The notes below the pieces were generated by a model. That model searched no databases. It had not been told where the DNA came from and was given only the letters and a program-made list of their open reading frames with translations. A stretch of DNA of 49,815 bases from positions 1 through 49,815 of the forward strand of contig JANXOE010000302.1 of NCBI GenBank assembly GCA_025353745.1, read 5' to 3'. Each line of letters begins with the position of its first letter. Within the stretch, counting starts at the first letter, position 1. Below are positions 18,935 through 29,012 of this stretch, one piece after another. The translations under genes were made by a program, and so were the position numbers. The DNA is from Hymenobacter sp. (GTDB lineage Bacteria; Bacteroidota; Bacteroidia; Cytophagales; Hymenobacteraceae).

Positions 18935-20338
18935 CTACGAGCGGTGCTGGTCGATGAGGCGCAACAGGGCGGGCTGGCGGCGCAGCTCCGGGAAATAGTC
19001 GAACAGCAGCGTGTGCTGGTCGTAGTTCAGGGCCAGGGCCGTCTCAAGCGACTGGTAAGCTTCCCGCAAACGCCCGTCGGACATCAGGTAGGCGCATTGC
19101 ATGTAGTGGAAATGGGCTTCGTGGGGGTGCAGGTCCACGGCGTGCTGCACAAGGCTGGCGGCCTCCGCATAATGGCCCTGCTCGTACAGAATAGCGCTCC
19201 AATTCACCCAGCCCTGGGCCTCCTCGGGGGCCACCTCGGTGGCTTTTTCGTAAGCTTCAAGGGCACTGACGACGTTGCCGATCTGGTTTTCGGCCGCGCC
19301 CAGGGCCGCCCAGTACTCGCCGCTCTCCGCGTACAGCTCGGTGGCCTTGCGAAAGAAATGAATGGCTTCGAGCCAGCGCTCCTGCTCTTGCATGAGCACC
19401 CCTTGCCCAAACCAGGCCTCGTCCATCTCGGGGTTCAGCTCCAGGGCCTGGCGGTAGTAGCGGCGGGCCAGGTCCCACTCGCGCAGCTTTTCGTAGCACT
19501 CGCCGATGTTGCACAGGGCCTCGTCGGTGGGCTCGCCGGCCGGGTAGCTCAACTCGAACTCGCTGATGGCCTTGCGGAACTGCTCCTGGCACACCAATGC
19601 GTCGGCGAGCCAGTGGTGCGCGTCGTAAAAATCGGCGCTGATGACGATGGCGTAGTCAAACGCCTCGGCCGCCTTGCCGTATTCTTCGCAGCGGTACCAG
19701 TACTGGCCCAGGTTGTACCAAGCCACGGCCGAGTACGGGTCGTCGTCCGTGAAGCGCTGAAAAAACTCTGCGTGGGCGTCCAGGCGGCCGCTTATTTCCA
19801 GGCAGTGGAGCAGCTCCTGCACGCCGGTTTCGTTGTCGGGGTTCAGGCGCAGGCTCTGCTTGTAGTGCTTAGCCGCGCTCTTAAATTTCTGCCAGCTCTG
19901 GTAGGCCAGGCCCAGGTTGAAGTGAATGTCGTCGCGCTCGGCCTCCTGCTCCAGCCCGGCCTGGAAGAACGCTACCGCTTCGCTAAACTGGCCGCGCTGG
20001 GTGCTGATGATGCCCCGCGTCACGGCTACGTCGGCGTTAGTCGGGTCGATTTCGGCCACGTGGTCAATCTGGCGCTCGGCCTCGGTGTAGTCGCCGCGCA
20101 TGGCCGTCACCTGGGCCCGGTCGATGAGCAGATCGGTCGAAAACGGGTACTGGCCCAGCGCGGCTTCGCAGGCTTGCAACGCCTGTTCGAAGTGAGCATT
20201 GGTTACGTAGTGGTCAATAATTAGCTCAAAGTCTTCCAAGTCGAAGAAAACAGACTCCTGGCGGGCCTGCATCTGCTCGAAGCGCCGAACGGTGTCAAGC
20301 ACGGCCCGGTGGTGTTCATAATGTTCGTTCATTCGCAT
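18935..20338 (-). CDS. Tetratricopeptide repeat protein
   Basis: About 10 TPR-like repeats (e.g. AWYNLG, ALCNIGECY, AWFGQG); N-terminal V.RFE.M...FFD.EDFE.II.HY; start may be 20332. Confidence 0.9.
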   Translation of the reverse strand: MRMNEHYEHHRAVLDTVRRFEQMQARQESVFFDLEDFELIIDHYVTNAHFEQALQACEAALGQYPFSTDLLIDRAQVTAMRGDYTEAERQIDHVAEIDPTNADVAVTRGIISTQRGQFSEAVAFFQAGLEQEAERDDIHFNLGLAYQSWQKFKSAAKHYKQSLRLNPDNETGVQELLHCLEISGRLDAHAEFFQRFTDDDPYSAVAWYNLGQYWYRCEEYGKAAEAFDYAIVISADFYDAHHWLADALVCQEQFRKAISEFELSYPAGEPTDEALCNIGECYEKLREWDLARRYYRQALELNPEMDEAWFGQGVLMQEQERWLEAIHFFRKATELYAESGEYWAALGAAENQIGNVVSALEAYEKATEVAPEEAQGWVNWSAILYEQGHYAEAASLVQHAVDLHPHEAHFHYMQCAYLMSDGRLREAYQSLETALALNYDQHTLLFDYFPELRRQPALLRLIDQHRS

Positions 20339-20511
20339 AGTATCGCCGCTAATGCCTGGAGCTGGCGCGAACCGTCCCGGCCATCGGGGCCAGGCGCGGT
20401 GCAGCCGGTAGGCCCCAGGTGTTAACCAATATTACTAACAATAATCCCCAAATTCCGTGCGATTGATAAAAAAACTCTGTATTGGGGCCCCAGCGCCGGA
20501 GCATTAGCAAG

Positions 20512-21507
20512 CTAATCTGTAGCGGCAGGTTGAGCCAGGGTCGTCGCGGCCCATGAAATGGTGTCTTCTAACAACCTAAACGACAGCCCAGTGGTTTGCC
20601 GCACCCGGGCGTGGTCGTACACCAGCGGCCGGCGGCCGGCGCGGGCCGTATCGCGCGTGATGAGCGGACGGCCCCCCGTCAGCAGCGCGCGGGCGTGCTC
20701 GAATCGCCAGATGGCTTCGGCGGCCCAGCCGGGTACGGCCACCGTGGGGGGGCGCCGCCCCAAGGCCGTCGCCGCGTGCCGAAAAAAATCGGCCAGTGGC
20801 AGGGCCCCGGCGCTCAAGATGAAGCGTTGGCTGTGCACCGCTGGCAGGTCGAGGGCCAGGGCCATCAGCTGGGCCACTACGTCGCGTACATCCACGAAGT
20901 TGACCAAGCCGCGGGTGTAGAAGCGGTGCTGCTCGTGGGCGTAGCGCAGCAGGCGGGTGCTGCTGCGGTGCCAGTCGCCGGGCCCCAGTACCACCGATGG
21001 ATTCACAATGACCGTGGACAGACCCTCGGCTGCGCCGCGCCATACCTCCAATTCGCCCAAATATTTGCTGGTCGCGTAAGCCGGGTGGGCGGCCCCCAGG
21101 TCCCAGATGGCGGCTTCGGTTATTACCTGGGGCCCCGGGTCTGGCGTCGCTGTCGGTATGCCCAGCGCCGCCACCGACGACACGTGTGCCAGCCGAATGC
21201 CTGGACGCTCCAGACAGGCGTCGACCAAGGCTGCGGTGCCGCCTACGTTGATTTGTTGGAGCAGGTCCACGTCCTGGGGCGCGTACGATACCAGCCCCGC
21301 GCAGTGGAACACGTGCGTGACATCGGGGAAGAGAGCGGCCCGCAACAGGTCGGTATCGAGCAAGTCGCCGGGTAGCCACTCCACGCCGGGGGCAGCCCCG
21401 GCGGGTACGGCCCCTCGGTGCAGGGCCCGCACGGCCAGGCCACGGGCCCGCAGGGCCCGCAACAGGAAAGAGCCGATCAACCCGGTGCCGCCCGTGACAA
21501 AAATCAT
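20512..21507 (-). CDS. NAD-dependent epimerase/dehydratase (extended SDR)
   Basis: VTGGTGLIG, HCAG.VS, HVSS.AA, YxxxK (YATSK), VNPS.V.G. Confidence 0.92.
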   Translation of the reverse strand: MIFVTGGTGLIGSFLLRALRARGLAVRALHRGAVPAGAAPGVEWLPGDLLDTDLLRAALFPDVTHVFHCAGLVSYAPQDVDLLQQINVGGTAALVDACLERPGIRLAHVSSVAALGIPTATPDPGPQVITEAAIWDLGAAHPAYATSKYLGELEVWRGAAEGLSTVIVNPSVVLGPGDWHRSSTRLLRYAHEQHRFYTRGLVNFVDVRDVVAQLMALALDLPAVHSQRFILSAGALPLADFFRHAATALGRRPPTVAVPGWAAEAIWRFEHARALLTGGRPLITRDTARAGRRPLVYDHARVRQTTGLSFRLLEDTISWAATTLAQPAATD

Positions 21508-21511
21508 TGGT

Positions 21512-22303
21512 TTATAGCGTCTTGTTAAGCAGAGGTAATTCCATCAACCGGCGGAAGTACGGCGCGGCCACGGTTTTGCGGCCCAGTGTGGCGGTGTGGC
21601 GCAGGTGGTGGGTATCGGTGCCCACAAAGTCGACCAGCTGCGCGTCAATCAGCTGCTCGGCAACCTTTTGGGCCGCGGGCGAGTAGTAACCGGCCAGCGA
21701 GTTCAGGTTGATTTGCAGCAACACGCCGTAGTCGCGGCGCAGCTTTTCAATGTCTGCAAAACGACCGTAGAGGTAAGTGTAACGCTCGGGGTGGGCCAGG
21801 ACTGGCCGGTAGCCCTGGGCCTGCAGCTCAAAAATGATTTCGTGCAAGTTGAGCGGCTCGTTCATGTACGACGTTTCAAACAACAGGTAACGCTTTGCCC
21901 CGCCAAACGTCAGCATTTCGGTGCCATTGGCCAGCTTGCGGCCCAAAAACTCGTCGAGGTAATACTCGGCCGCGCACTCCAGCGCCACGTCGCCCAGGCC
22001 CGCGGCTGTGGCTGCTTCCCGCAGCTGTGCCAGCGCCGCCCGGATGCCGTCCGGGGTGTTTTTATAAAAATCGCCCATAATGTGGGGCGTCAACACGAGC
22101 CGTTGGAGGCCCAGCGTGCGCAGCTCGCGCAACAGGGCCAGCGAGTCGTCAAGGGTAGCCGCACCGTCGTCGAGGCCGGGCAGCAAGTGCGAGTGCATGT
22201 CGGCCCCCAGGGCCGCCAGGGCCCCGGCCAGGGCCGGCGCTTCAGTTGTCAGATGTGGTGCGTTGGGCGCGCTGCCCAGGAGCCGTTGCCAAAAAGTAGC
22301 CAT
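21512..22303 (-). CDS. PHP-family tyrosine-protein phosphatase (CpsB/CapC/YwqE-like)
   Basis: DMHSHLLPGLDDG, TPH, AAEYY, LAHPERY, GTDTH. Confidence 0.93.
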   Translation of the reverse strand: MATFWQRLLGSAPNAPHLTTEAPALAGALAALGADMHSHLLPGLDDGAATLDDSLALLRELRTLGLQRLVLTPHIMGDFYKNTPDGIRAALAQLREAATAAGLGDVALECAAEYYLDEFLGRKLANGTEMLTFGGAKRYLLFETSYMNEPLNLHEIIFELQAQGYRPVLAHPERYTYLYGRFADIEKLRRDYGVLLQINLNSLAGYYSPAAQKVAEQLIDAQLVDFVGTDTHHLRHTATLGRKTVAAPYFRRLMELPLLNKTL

Positions 22304-22331
22304 CGATGCGAATCAGTGCCCGAAGGACAAC

Positions 22332-24821
22332 TTATTTGAACAGACGGCCCACCTTTTGCGCCAGCGTAGGCGGTTTGGTCGGATCTTCGTAGTAGCCCTG
22401 CCCATACGAGCCGTACCCGTAGCCGTACCCGTAGCCGTACCCGTAGGCCCCCTTCGATTGGGCATCGTTGAGGATGGTGCACATGCGGGTGAGGTTGTTG
22501 CTGCGCATCAGGCGGTTCATGTTCTTTACAAAGGCCTTGCGCGAATAATCGGCCCGCACGATGTAAATCGGAATGTCGGCCTTGCGCATGATCAGGATGC
22601 CGTCGGTGACGAGTCCCACCGGCGGCGTGTCGATTATTATCACGTCGAAGCTCTCGTACAGCTCGGCCAGCATCTGGTCGAAGCGGGGGCTGAGAATCAG
22701 CTCCGACGGGTTGGGCGGAGTGGGCCCCGCCGAGATGAATTGCAGCGACTCGATGGACGTGCGCTGGAGGCATTCCTGTACCGAGTGCCGGTCAATCATG
22801 ATGGTGCTCACGCCCTTGGTGTTTTCGGCATCGAAGGCCAGGTTCACCTTGGGCTTGCGCATGTCGAGGTCGAGGATGACCACGCGCTGGCCCGACATGG
22901 CGATAATGCCCGCCAGGTTCACTGTGACGAATGTTTTTCCTTCGCCTGAAATCGTGGATGTCACCGAAATCAGCCGCTTCTTATTAGCCGAGCTGATGAA
23001 GTCCAAGTTGGTGCGGATGGAGCGGATGGCTTCGGAAATGGACGACTTGGGGTTGTCGTTCACGACCAACCGCGACACTTCCATTTTTTCTTTGTTGTAA
23101 GTCGGAATCACGCCCAGCACCGAGGCCGTGGTGCCGCGTTCCAGCTCGCGGGTGTTGGTGATGGTGTTGTGCATCAGGTAGCGCACGGCTATCAGCCCCA
23201 AGCCCAGAAATAAGCCGCCCGCCAACCCGATGGCGTACACCATCAACCGAACCGGGGAAATGGGCAGCTGGGGTTCCGAGGCGGGAAACAAAATCTGAAA
23301 ATCGGCGGTAGTGCCGGCTTTTTGAATGTTGAAATCCGCCTTTTTCTCCATCAGCATCACATAGGTCTTGTCGGCCAGGTCGAGCGGCCGCTGCAAGCGG
23401 GCCAGCTCGGTAGCTTTGCCCGGCAGGCCCTGTTGCTTGCTGTCAAGCAGACCCTGCTGATGGTTAAGCAACGCAATTTTTGTCAGCAGGTCCTTGCGTG
23501 CCTGCACCAGCTGCCGCTCAATGCTGGCAGAGGTGTACGCCAGTAGCGCATTTTTTTGCTGCAAAGCTTCCGTCGTGGCCTTGTAGGAGCGGCTCACCCG
23601 CTCCTGGTCCCACTGCAGGGAATTGAGCTGGCCCAGCAGCTGGGTTAGGGTGGGGTCGTCGATGTCGCCCAGGCCCGGAATGCTCTGCTCCACTGTTTCC
23701 TCTTCGTTGCTGGTCAGGTGGTTTTGATGCACCATGCGCGTGATGTCGCTCAGTACCGTAAGGCCCTGGTTGAGCTTTAGCCGTTGTTCTTCCAATGCCT
23801 CGGCTTTGGCGGCGATGGCCGCCACTTCCGATTTAACATCGTAGGTTTTGGTCTGCTCCACAAAGCCCTGCATGCGGTTTTCCGCGCGTTGCAGGTTGTC
23901 GTAGTTAACGTTGAGCTGCTGGTCGAGGAACCGCAGGGTGAGCGCGGCTTTTTCCTGCTCGCGCAGTACTTTGGCGTACAGGTACACGGTATCAACCTTG
24001 TTGACAATGCGTTGTGCCTTGCCTGGGTTGAAGTCGGTGAAAGAAATTTGGATTGTGTTGGCGTCGGAACTCAGAATGTCAACCGATAAATTCTTTTCGA
24101 GATAGGCATTGACCGTGCCCGCGTCCTGAATGGTAAAATGGTATTTCTCGCTGCGCGCTGCCGCGTCGAAGTAAGATGTTGGCATTACCCGCAACTCAAT
24201 CCCCGGCAGGGAAACCTGCTGGCCCAGCGCATATTCGCCGCTTAGGGTATTGTTCGGGCCGCTGTAGCTGATACTATAGCGCGTAGGGCTGACGAAAGCC
24301 AGGGAGATGCTTTTGTTATACAGCGCTTTATCTTTAATAGTGTACGCGACGCGAAACGGCGAATTGCTGTACAACTCGTTTTCCAGCACTGTGCCCTGCA
24401 CGTAGTAGTTCACGTCCAGGCCCAGCGAGTCGCGCAGCTGCTTGTAGATAATCTCCGATTTGATGAGCTGCACCTCGCCGGCCAGCTTGCCGGAGCCCTG
24501 GGCCTGGGCAGCAGGCAGTTGGCCGCCCAAGCCCAGGGCCCCGGCTTCGGTGCGCTGGTCAATTTTGAGCACCGACGTTGACTTGAACACAGGCTTTGTG
24601 TAGCGCAGGTACAGCCACGACGCGGTGCCCCCCAGGCCCAGCAGCAGCAGCAGCCACAGCAGGCTGCGCCGCGCCACCAAGGCCAGGGTAGACAAGTCCA
24701 GGCCGTCCCCGGCTTCCTCGTCGGCCGTAGCGCCGGCCGGGGTGGCCGCCGGTGGCTCGGCGCTTCCATCTATGGCGTTGCGGATGAGTGCTTCCAGCTC
24801 CGCATTTTCGTTTAGGGCCAT
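22332..24821 (-). CDS. wzc: Polysaccharide copolymerase/BY-kinase (Wzc)
   Basis: Two TMs flanking coiled coils; Walker A GEGKT, DLDMRKP, IIDTPP; C-terminal Tyr cluster YGYGYGYGYG. Confidence 0.93.
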   Translation of the reverse strand: MALNENAELEALIRNAIDGSAEPPAATPAGATADEEAGDGLDLSTLALVARRSLLWLLLLLGLGGTASWLYLRYTKPVFKSTSVLKIDQRTEAGALGLGGQLPAAQAQGSGKLAGEVQLIKSEIIYKQLRDSLGLDVNYYVQGTVLENELYSNSPFRVAYTIKDKALYNKSISLAFVSPTRYSISYSGPNNTLSGEYALGQQVSLPGIELRVMPTSYFDAAARSEKYHFTIQDAGTVNAYLEKNLSVDILSSDANTIQISFTDFNPGKAQRIVNKVDTVYLYAKVLREQEKAALTLRFLDQQLNVNYDNLQRAENRMQGFVEQTKTYDVKSEVAAIAAKAEALEEQRLKLNQGLTVLSDITRMVHQNHLTSNEEETVEQSIPGLGDIDDPTLTQLLGQLNSLQWDQERVSRSYKATTEALQQKNALLAYTSASIERQLVQARKDLLTKIALLNHQQGLLDSKQQGLPGKATELARLQRPLDLADKTYVMLMEKKADFNIQKAGTTADFQILFPASEPQLPISPVRLMVYAIGLAGGLFLGLGLIAVRYLMHNTITNTRELERGTTASVLGVIPTYNKEKMEVSRLVVNDNPKSSISEAIRSIRTNLDFISSANKKRLISVTSTISGEGKTFVTVNLAGIIAMSGQRVVILDLDMRKPKVNLAFDAENTKGVSTIMIDRHSVQECLQRTSIESLQFISAGPTPPNPSELILSPRFDQMLAELYESFDVIIIDTPPVGLVTDGILIMRKADIPIYIVRADYSRKAFVKNMNRLMRSNNLTRMCTILNDAQSKGAYGYGYGYGYGYGSYGQGYYEDPTKPPTLAQKVGRLFK

Positions 24822-24880
24822 TGCGATAGTGGTTATAGAAATTTACGGGAAGCTATAATAAGACGTAAACGGGGAGTAAA

Positions 24881-25807
24881 TTATCGCCTGATAAAGAAAT
24901 AGCTGATGGTCAGCGTCAGGGAAACTATGCTGGTGGTGAGGCCAATTACGGGGGCCGAATCGGTCAGGCTTTCCAGCAGGGGCCGCCGCACCGGGTCGAT
25001 GTAAACGATGTCGTTGGGCTCCATCTGCAAATTGGCGCGGCGCATGCCGGTGATGGTGGTTAGGTCCACCTGCTCTATCTGCGGCGATTTTAAGCTGCCC
25101 CGGATGATGCGGATGTTGTCGGCCCGGCCCCCGTACCGGTAAAGGCTGGTGCCGCCGCCCCCGCCCCCGTCGACGCCTCCCGCCAGGGCCAGCACTTCGA
25201 GCAGGTTCATGTTGTCGTTGTCGAGCGGAATGACCCGGCCGCCCTGGGCACCCAAAAGGATGATGCGGTTGTTGGTGACGCGGGTCATCACGAAAGGCTC
25301 GACGTAGTACTTGGCGTAGCTGATTTTGAGCACGCTGTCGGCCTGGAGCAGCGAGAGGCCGCTCAGCCGTACCCGGTTCACGAGCGGTAAGGTCACGGTG
25401 CCGTCGGCCTGCACCAGGAACGTGGCGCCCGAAGCAGAGGCAGACGAGGAGCGGTTCCCGCCGGAGGAGCCCGAAGCGCCAGCAGGCCGGCTAAGGGCTG
25501 GCGCGCCTGCGCTTCCGCCGTTGCCACCAAATTGCAGCTCGCCGTTGGGGTCCAAGATTCGTTCGCCCTTGTTGGTGTTCACCCGCACTTCGAGGTAGTC
25601 GTTGGGCTGGATGACATAATTGCGGGCGGCGCGGTTCACGGCCACGCGCAGGCGGGCCGTATCCAGGGCCCGGCCGTGCTCGTCAGTCATCCGGAACATG
25701 GTGCGCTGGTTGTAGTAGCGCGTCGAGGCGCACGAAGAAAACAGCAGCGCGGTCAGCAGGCACCCGAGGCAGAGGCGCCCGAAGCGGCCGAAAACAGAAG
25801 AGGACAT
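24881..25807 (-). CDS. wza: Polysaccharide export lipoprotein (Wza-like)
   Basis: Lipobox LFSSC; Y.IQP.D.L, V..DG...LP..; SLBB segment LLEVLALAGG; P.DIVYI. Confidence 0.88.
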   Translation of the reverse strand: MSSSVFGRFGRLCLGCLLTALLFSSCASTRYYNQRTMFRMTDEHGRALDTARLRVAVNRAARNYVIQPNDYLEVRVNTNKGERILDPNGELQFGGNGGSAGAPALSRPAGASGSSGGNRSSSASASGATFLVQADGTVTLPLVNRVRLSGLSLLQADSVLKISYAKYYVEPFVMTRVTNNRIILLGAQGGRVIPLDNDNMNLLEVLALAGGVDGGGGGGTSLYRYGGRADNIRIIRGSLKSPQIEQVDLTTITGMRRANLQMEPNDIVYIDPVRRPLLESLTDSAPVIGLTTSIVSLTLTISYFFIRR

Positions 25808-25970
25808 GCAGACCAGGTAATGCGAATTACAGTGAATAACCCCAGAATTTCTTGGCAACCGGGAATGGATTGCGCCCGAAAAGCCTCAAAAGTAACACGT
25901 TTGCACCGTCCGGTGGGCAAAGAGGGCCCCGGGGGCCCGCCAAACCAAAGACTTTCAACCGCTAAACCCG

Positions 25971-25978
25971 TACTTTTG
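25971..25978 (+). promoter_or_regulatory. -7 promoter box TACTTTTG
   Basis: TAnnTTTG consensus upstream of the acyl-CoA dehydrogenase. Confidence 0.5.
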
Positions 25979-26058
25979 CAAACCACGAACTGTCGTTAGT
26001 TAGCAGCGCGTTCTGCGCCTTGCGCCTTATTCTCACCCCCACCCAACTCCTCGTTTTT

Positions 26059-27198
<1,140 letters not shown>

Positions 27199-27238
27199 TC
27201 TTGTGGTTTGGCCGCTTTGCCCAGGCAAAAATTATGCT

Positions 27239-27246
27239 TATCTTTG
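27239..27246 (+). promoter_or_regulatory. -7 promoter box TATCTTTG for rpsU
   Basis: TAnnTTTG consensus with upstream TTTG motifs. Confidence 0.6.
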
Positions 27247-27296
27247 CGGCCCGATTTACTCGGCTTCCCGCCTGACATTTTTCCGTAACCCCTGAT

Positions 27297-27491
27297 ATGA
27301 TCATCATCCAAATCAAAGACAACGAGTCGGTTGACCGCGCTTTGAAGCGCTTCAAGAAGAAATTTGAGCGCACCGGTGTGCTGAAAGAGCTGCGCCGCCG
27401 CACTTTCTTCCAAAAGCCCAGCGTGACGGACCGCAAGCTGAAGCAGAAAGCCGTGTACAAGCTGGCCACCTACGGCACGCCCAACGAGTAG
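27297..27491 (+). CDS. rpsU: 30S ribosomal protein S21
   Basis: [12 protein letters not shown]......LKELRRR.FF.KPS. Confidence 0.97.
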   Translation: MIIIQIKDNESVDRALKRFKKKFERTGVLKELRRRTFFQKPSVTDRKLKQKAVYKLATYGTPNE

Positions 27492-27513
27492 GCCGCCCGT
27501 TGTTTTGCGGATG

Positions 27514-27558
27514 AAAGACCGGCTGGCCGGCCCCTTTGGGCTGGCCAGCCGGTCTTTT
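27514..27558 (+). terminator. 20-bp hairpin/terminator after rpsU
   Basis: AAAGACCGGCTGGCCGGCCC-CTTT-GGGCTGGCCAGCCGGTCTTTT. Confidence 0.7.
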
Positions 27559-27646
27559 CGCGTCCGTTAAAATGGAATAGGAGGTTAAAGAAAAAAATGG
27601 TACTTTGGATGCCCGGTCCCAGAGGCCGGGCTTTTTTGTGGTCTAG

Positions 27647-28525
27647 ATGGAAGCGTTTTTTGATTTTTTGCGGTTCGAGCGGCGCTACAGCCCCCACACG
27701 GTGCTTTCGTACCGGACCGACCTGGGGCAGTTTGCGGCCCACCTGCTGGCCGAAGGCGACGCCGACGGCCCCGCCCAGGCCACGCACCACACCATCCGCG
27801 GCTGGGTGGTGGCCCTGATGCAGCAGGATCTGGACCCGCGCACGGTGAACCGCAAGATTGCCTGCCTGCGCTCGTACTACAAGTTTTTGCTGCGCACCGG
27901 GGCCGTCGCCGCCAACCCCATGCTGCGCATCAAGGCCCCCAAAATGGCCAAGAAGCTGCCCGATTTCGTGCCCGAGGCGGCCCTGAACGGCTTGCTAAAT
28001 TCGTTTCGGTTCGAGGATTCGTTTGCCGGGCAGCGCGACCAGCTGGTGCTGGAAATGCTTTACGGCACGGGCATCCGGCTCTCGGAGCTGCTGGGCATCG
28101 AGGCGGCCGACGTGAGCCTGCCCGGCGGCACCGTGCGCGTGACGGGCAAGGGCAACAAGCAGCGCCTCGTGCCCCTCAACCCCACGCTGCTGCAAGTGCT
28201 GGCGCAGTACCAGGCCCGCCGCGCCCACGAGTTTGGTGCCGTGCCGGGGCCCTTGCTGCTCACCGACAAGGGCGCGCCGCTCTACGAAAAGCACGTCTAC
28301 CGCACCGTGAAACACTACCTGAGCACCGTCACTACCTCGGCCGCGCAACAGCACCCGCACGCGCTGCGCCACGCTTTTGCCACCCACCTGCTGGGGAAAG
28401 GGGCCGACCTGAACGCCATCAAAGAGCTGCTGGGCCACGCCAGCCTGGCCGCCACCCAGGTGTACACCCACATGTCCGTCGACCGTTTGAAATCCGTATT
28501 CGACCAAGCCCACCCGCGGGCCTAA
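27647..28525 (+). CDS. xerC: XerC-like tyrosine recombinase (housekeeping)
   Basis: YGTGIRLSEL, GKGNKQR, HPHALRHAFATHLL..GADL..IKELLGH..L..TQVYTH; conserved rpsU-xer-hpf context. Confidence 0.85.
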   Translation: MEAFFDFLRFERRYSPHTVLSYRTDLGQFAAHLLAEGDADGPAQATHHTIRGWVVALMQQDLDPRTVNRKIACLRSYYKFLLRTGAVAANPMLRIKAPKMAKKLPDFVPEAALNGLLNSFRFEDSFAGQRDQLVLEMLYGTGIRLSELLGIEAADVSLPGGTVRVTGKGNKQRLVPLNPTLLQVLAQYQARRAHEFGAVPGPLLLTDKGAPLYEKHVYRTVKHYLSTVTTSAAQQHPHALRHAFATHLLGKGADLNAIKELLGHASLAATQVYTHMSVDRLKSVFDQAHPRA

Positions 28526-28571
28526 CGCGGGTATTGTTTAATTTATTCACCCTTAGCTCCTTCCTCGCTCT

Positions 28572-28877
28572 ATGAAAGTTCAGATGAATGCGGTGCACTT
28601 CACTGCCGACAAAAAGCTGCTCGATTTTATTCAGCAACGGCTCAATAAGCTGGAAACTTTTTACGACAAAGTAACCGGGGGCGAAGTCATCCTGCGGGTC
28701 AACAACAAGGACGGCGTTTCCAACAAAACCGTTGAAATTAAATTGCTGGTGCCGGGCGGGACCTTGTTCAGCGAAGAAGACGCCGCTTCATTCGAAGCCG
28801 CCACCGACGCGGCTGCCGAAAACCTGCGCCGCCAGATTGTAAAGCACAAAGAAAAAACGCTCGTTAAAGCGCAATAA
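28572..28877 (+). CDS. hpf: Ribosome hibernation promoting factor (HPF/RaiA family)
   Basis: M....VHF.AD.KL..F...L.KL, SFEAATD......L.RQ..K.K. Confidence 0.9.
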   Translation: MKVQMNAVHFTADKKLLDFIQQRLNKLETFYDKVTGGEVILRVNNKDGVSNKTVEIKLLVPGGTLFSEEDAASFEAATDAAAENLRRQIVKHKEKTLVKAQ

Positions 28878-28909
28878 AACAATAAGAAGCCATTGGCTTT
28901 TTGACAAAC

Positions 28910-28960
28910 AGCAAGGGCCCCGGCTGAAGAAATTCAGCCGGGGCCCTTGCTCGTTTTTTT
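28910..28960. terminator. Terminator between hpf and convergent metK
   Basis: 19-bp perfect stem AGCAAGGGCCCCGGCTGAA-GAAA-TTCAGCCGGGGCCCTTGCT plus T7. Confidence 0.85.
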
Positions 28961-29012
28961 GGGTGGAAAAACTAACCGCCAGCAGCTAAAAGCTGTCCGC
29001 CATTAGCCCAAG

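Noticed and set aside
22405-22446. Tandem CCGTAG/CCGTAC repeats
   Set aside because: They encode the normal YG tyrosine cluster of Wzc; not a CRISPR array or contingency locus.
27647-28525. Integrase of a mobile element
   Set aside because: XerC-like length and motifs in the housekeeping rpsU-xer-hpf context, with no att sites or cargo.
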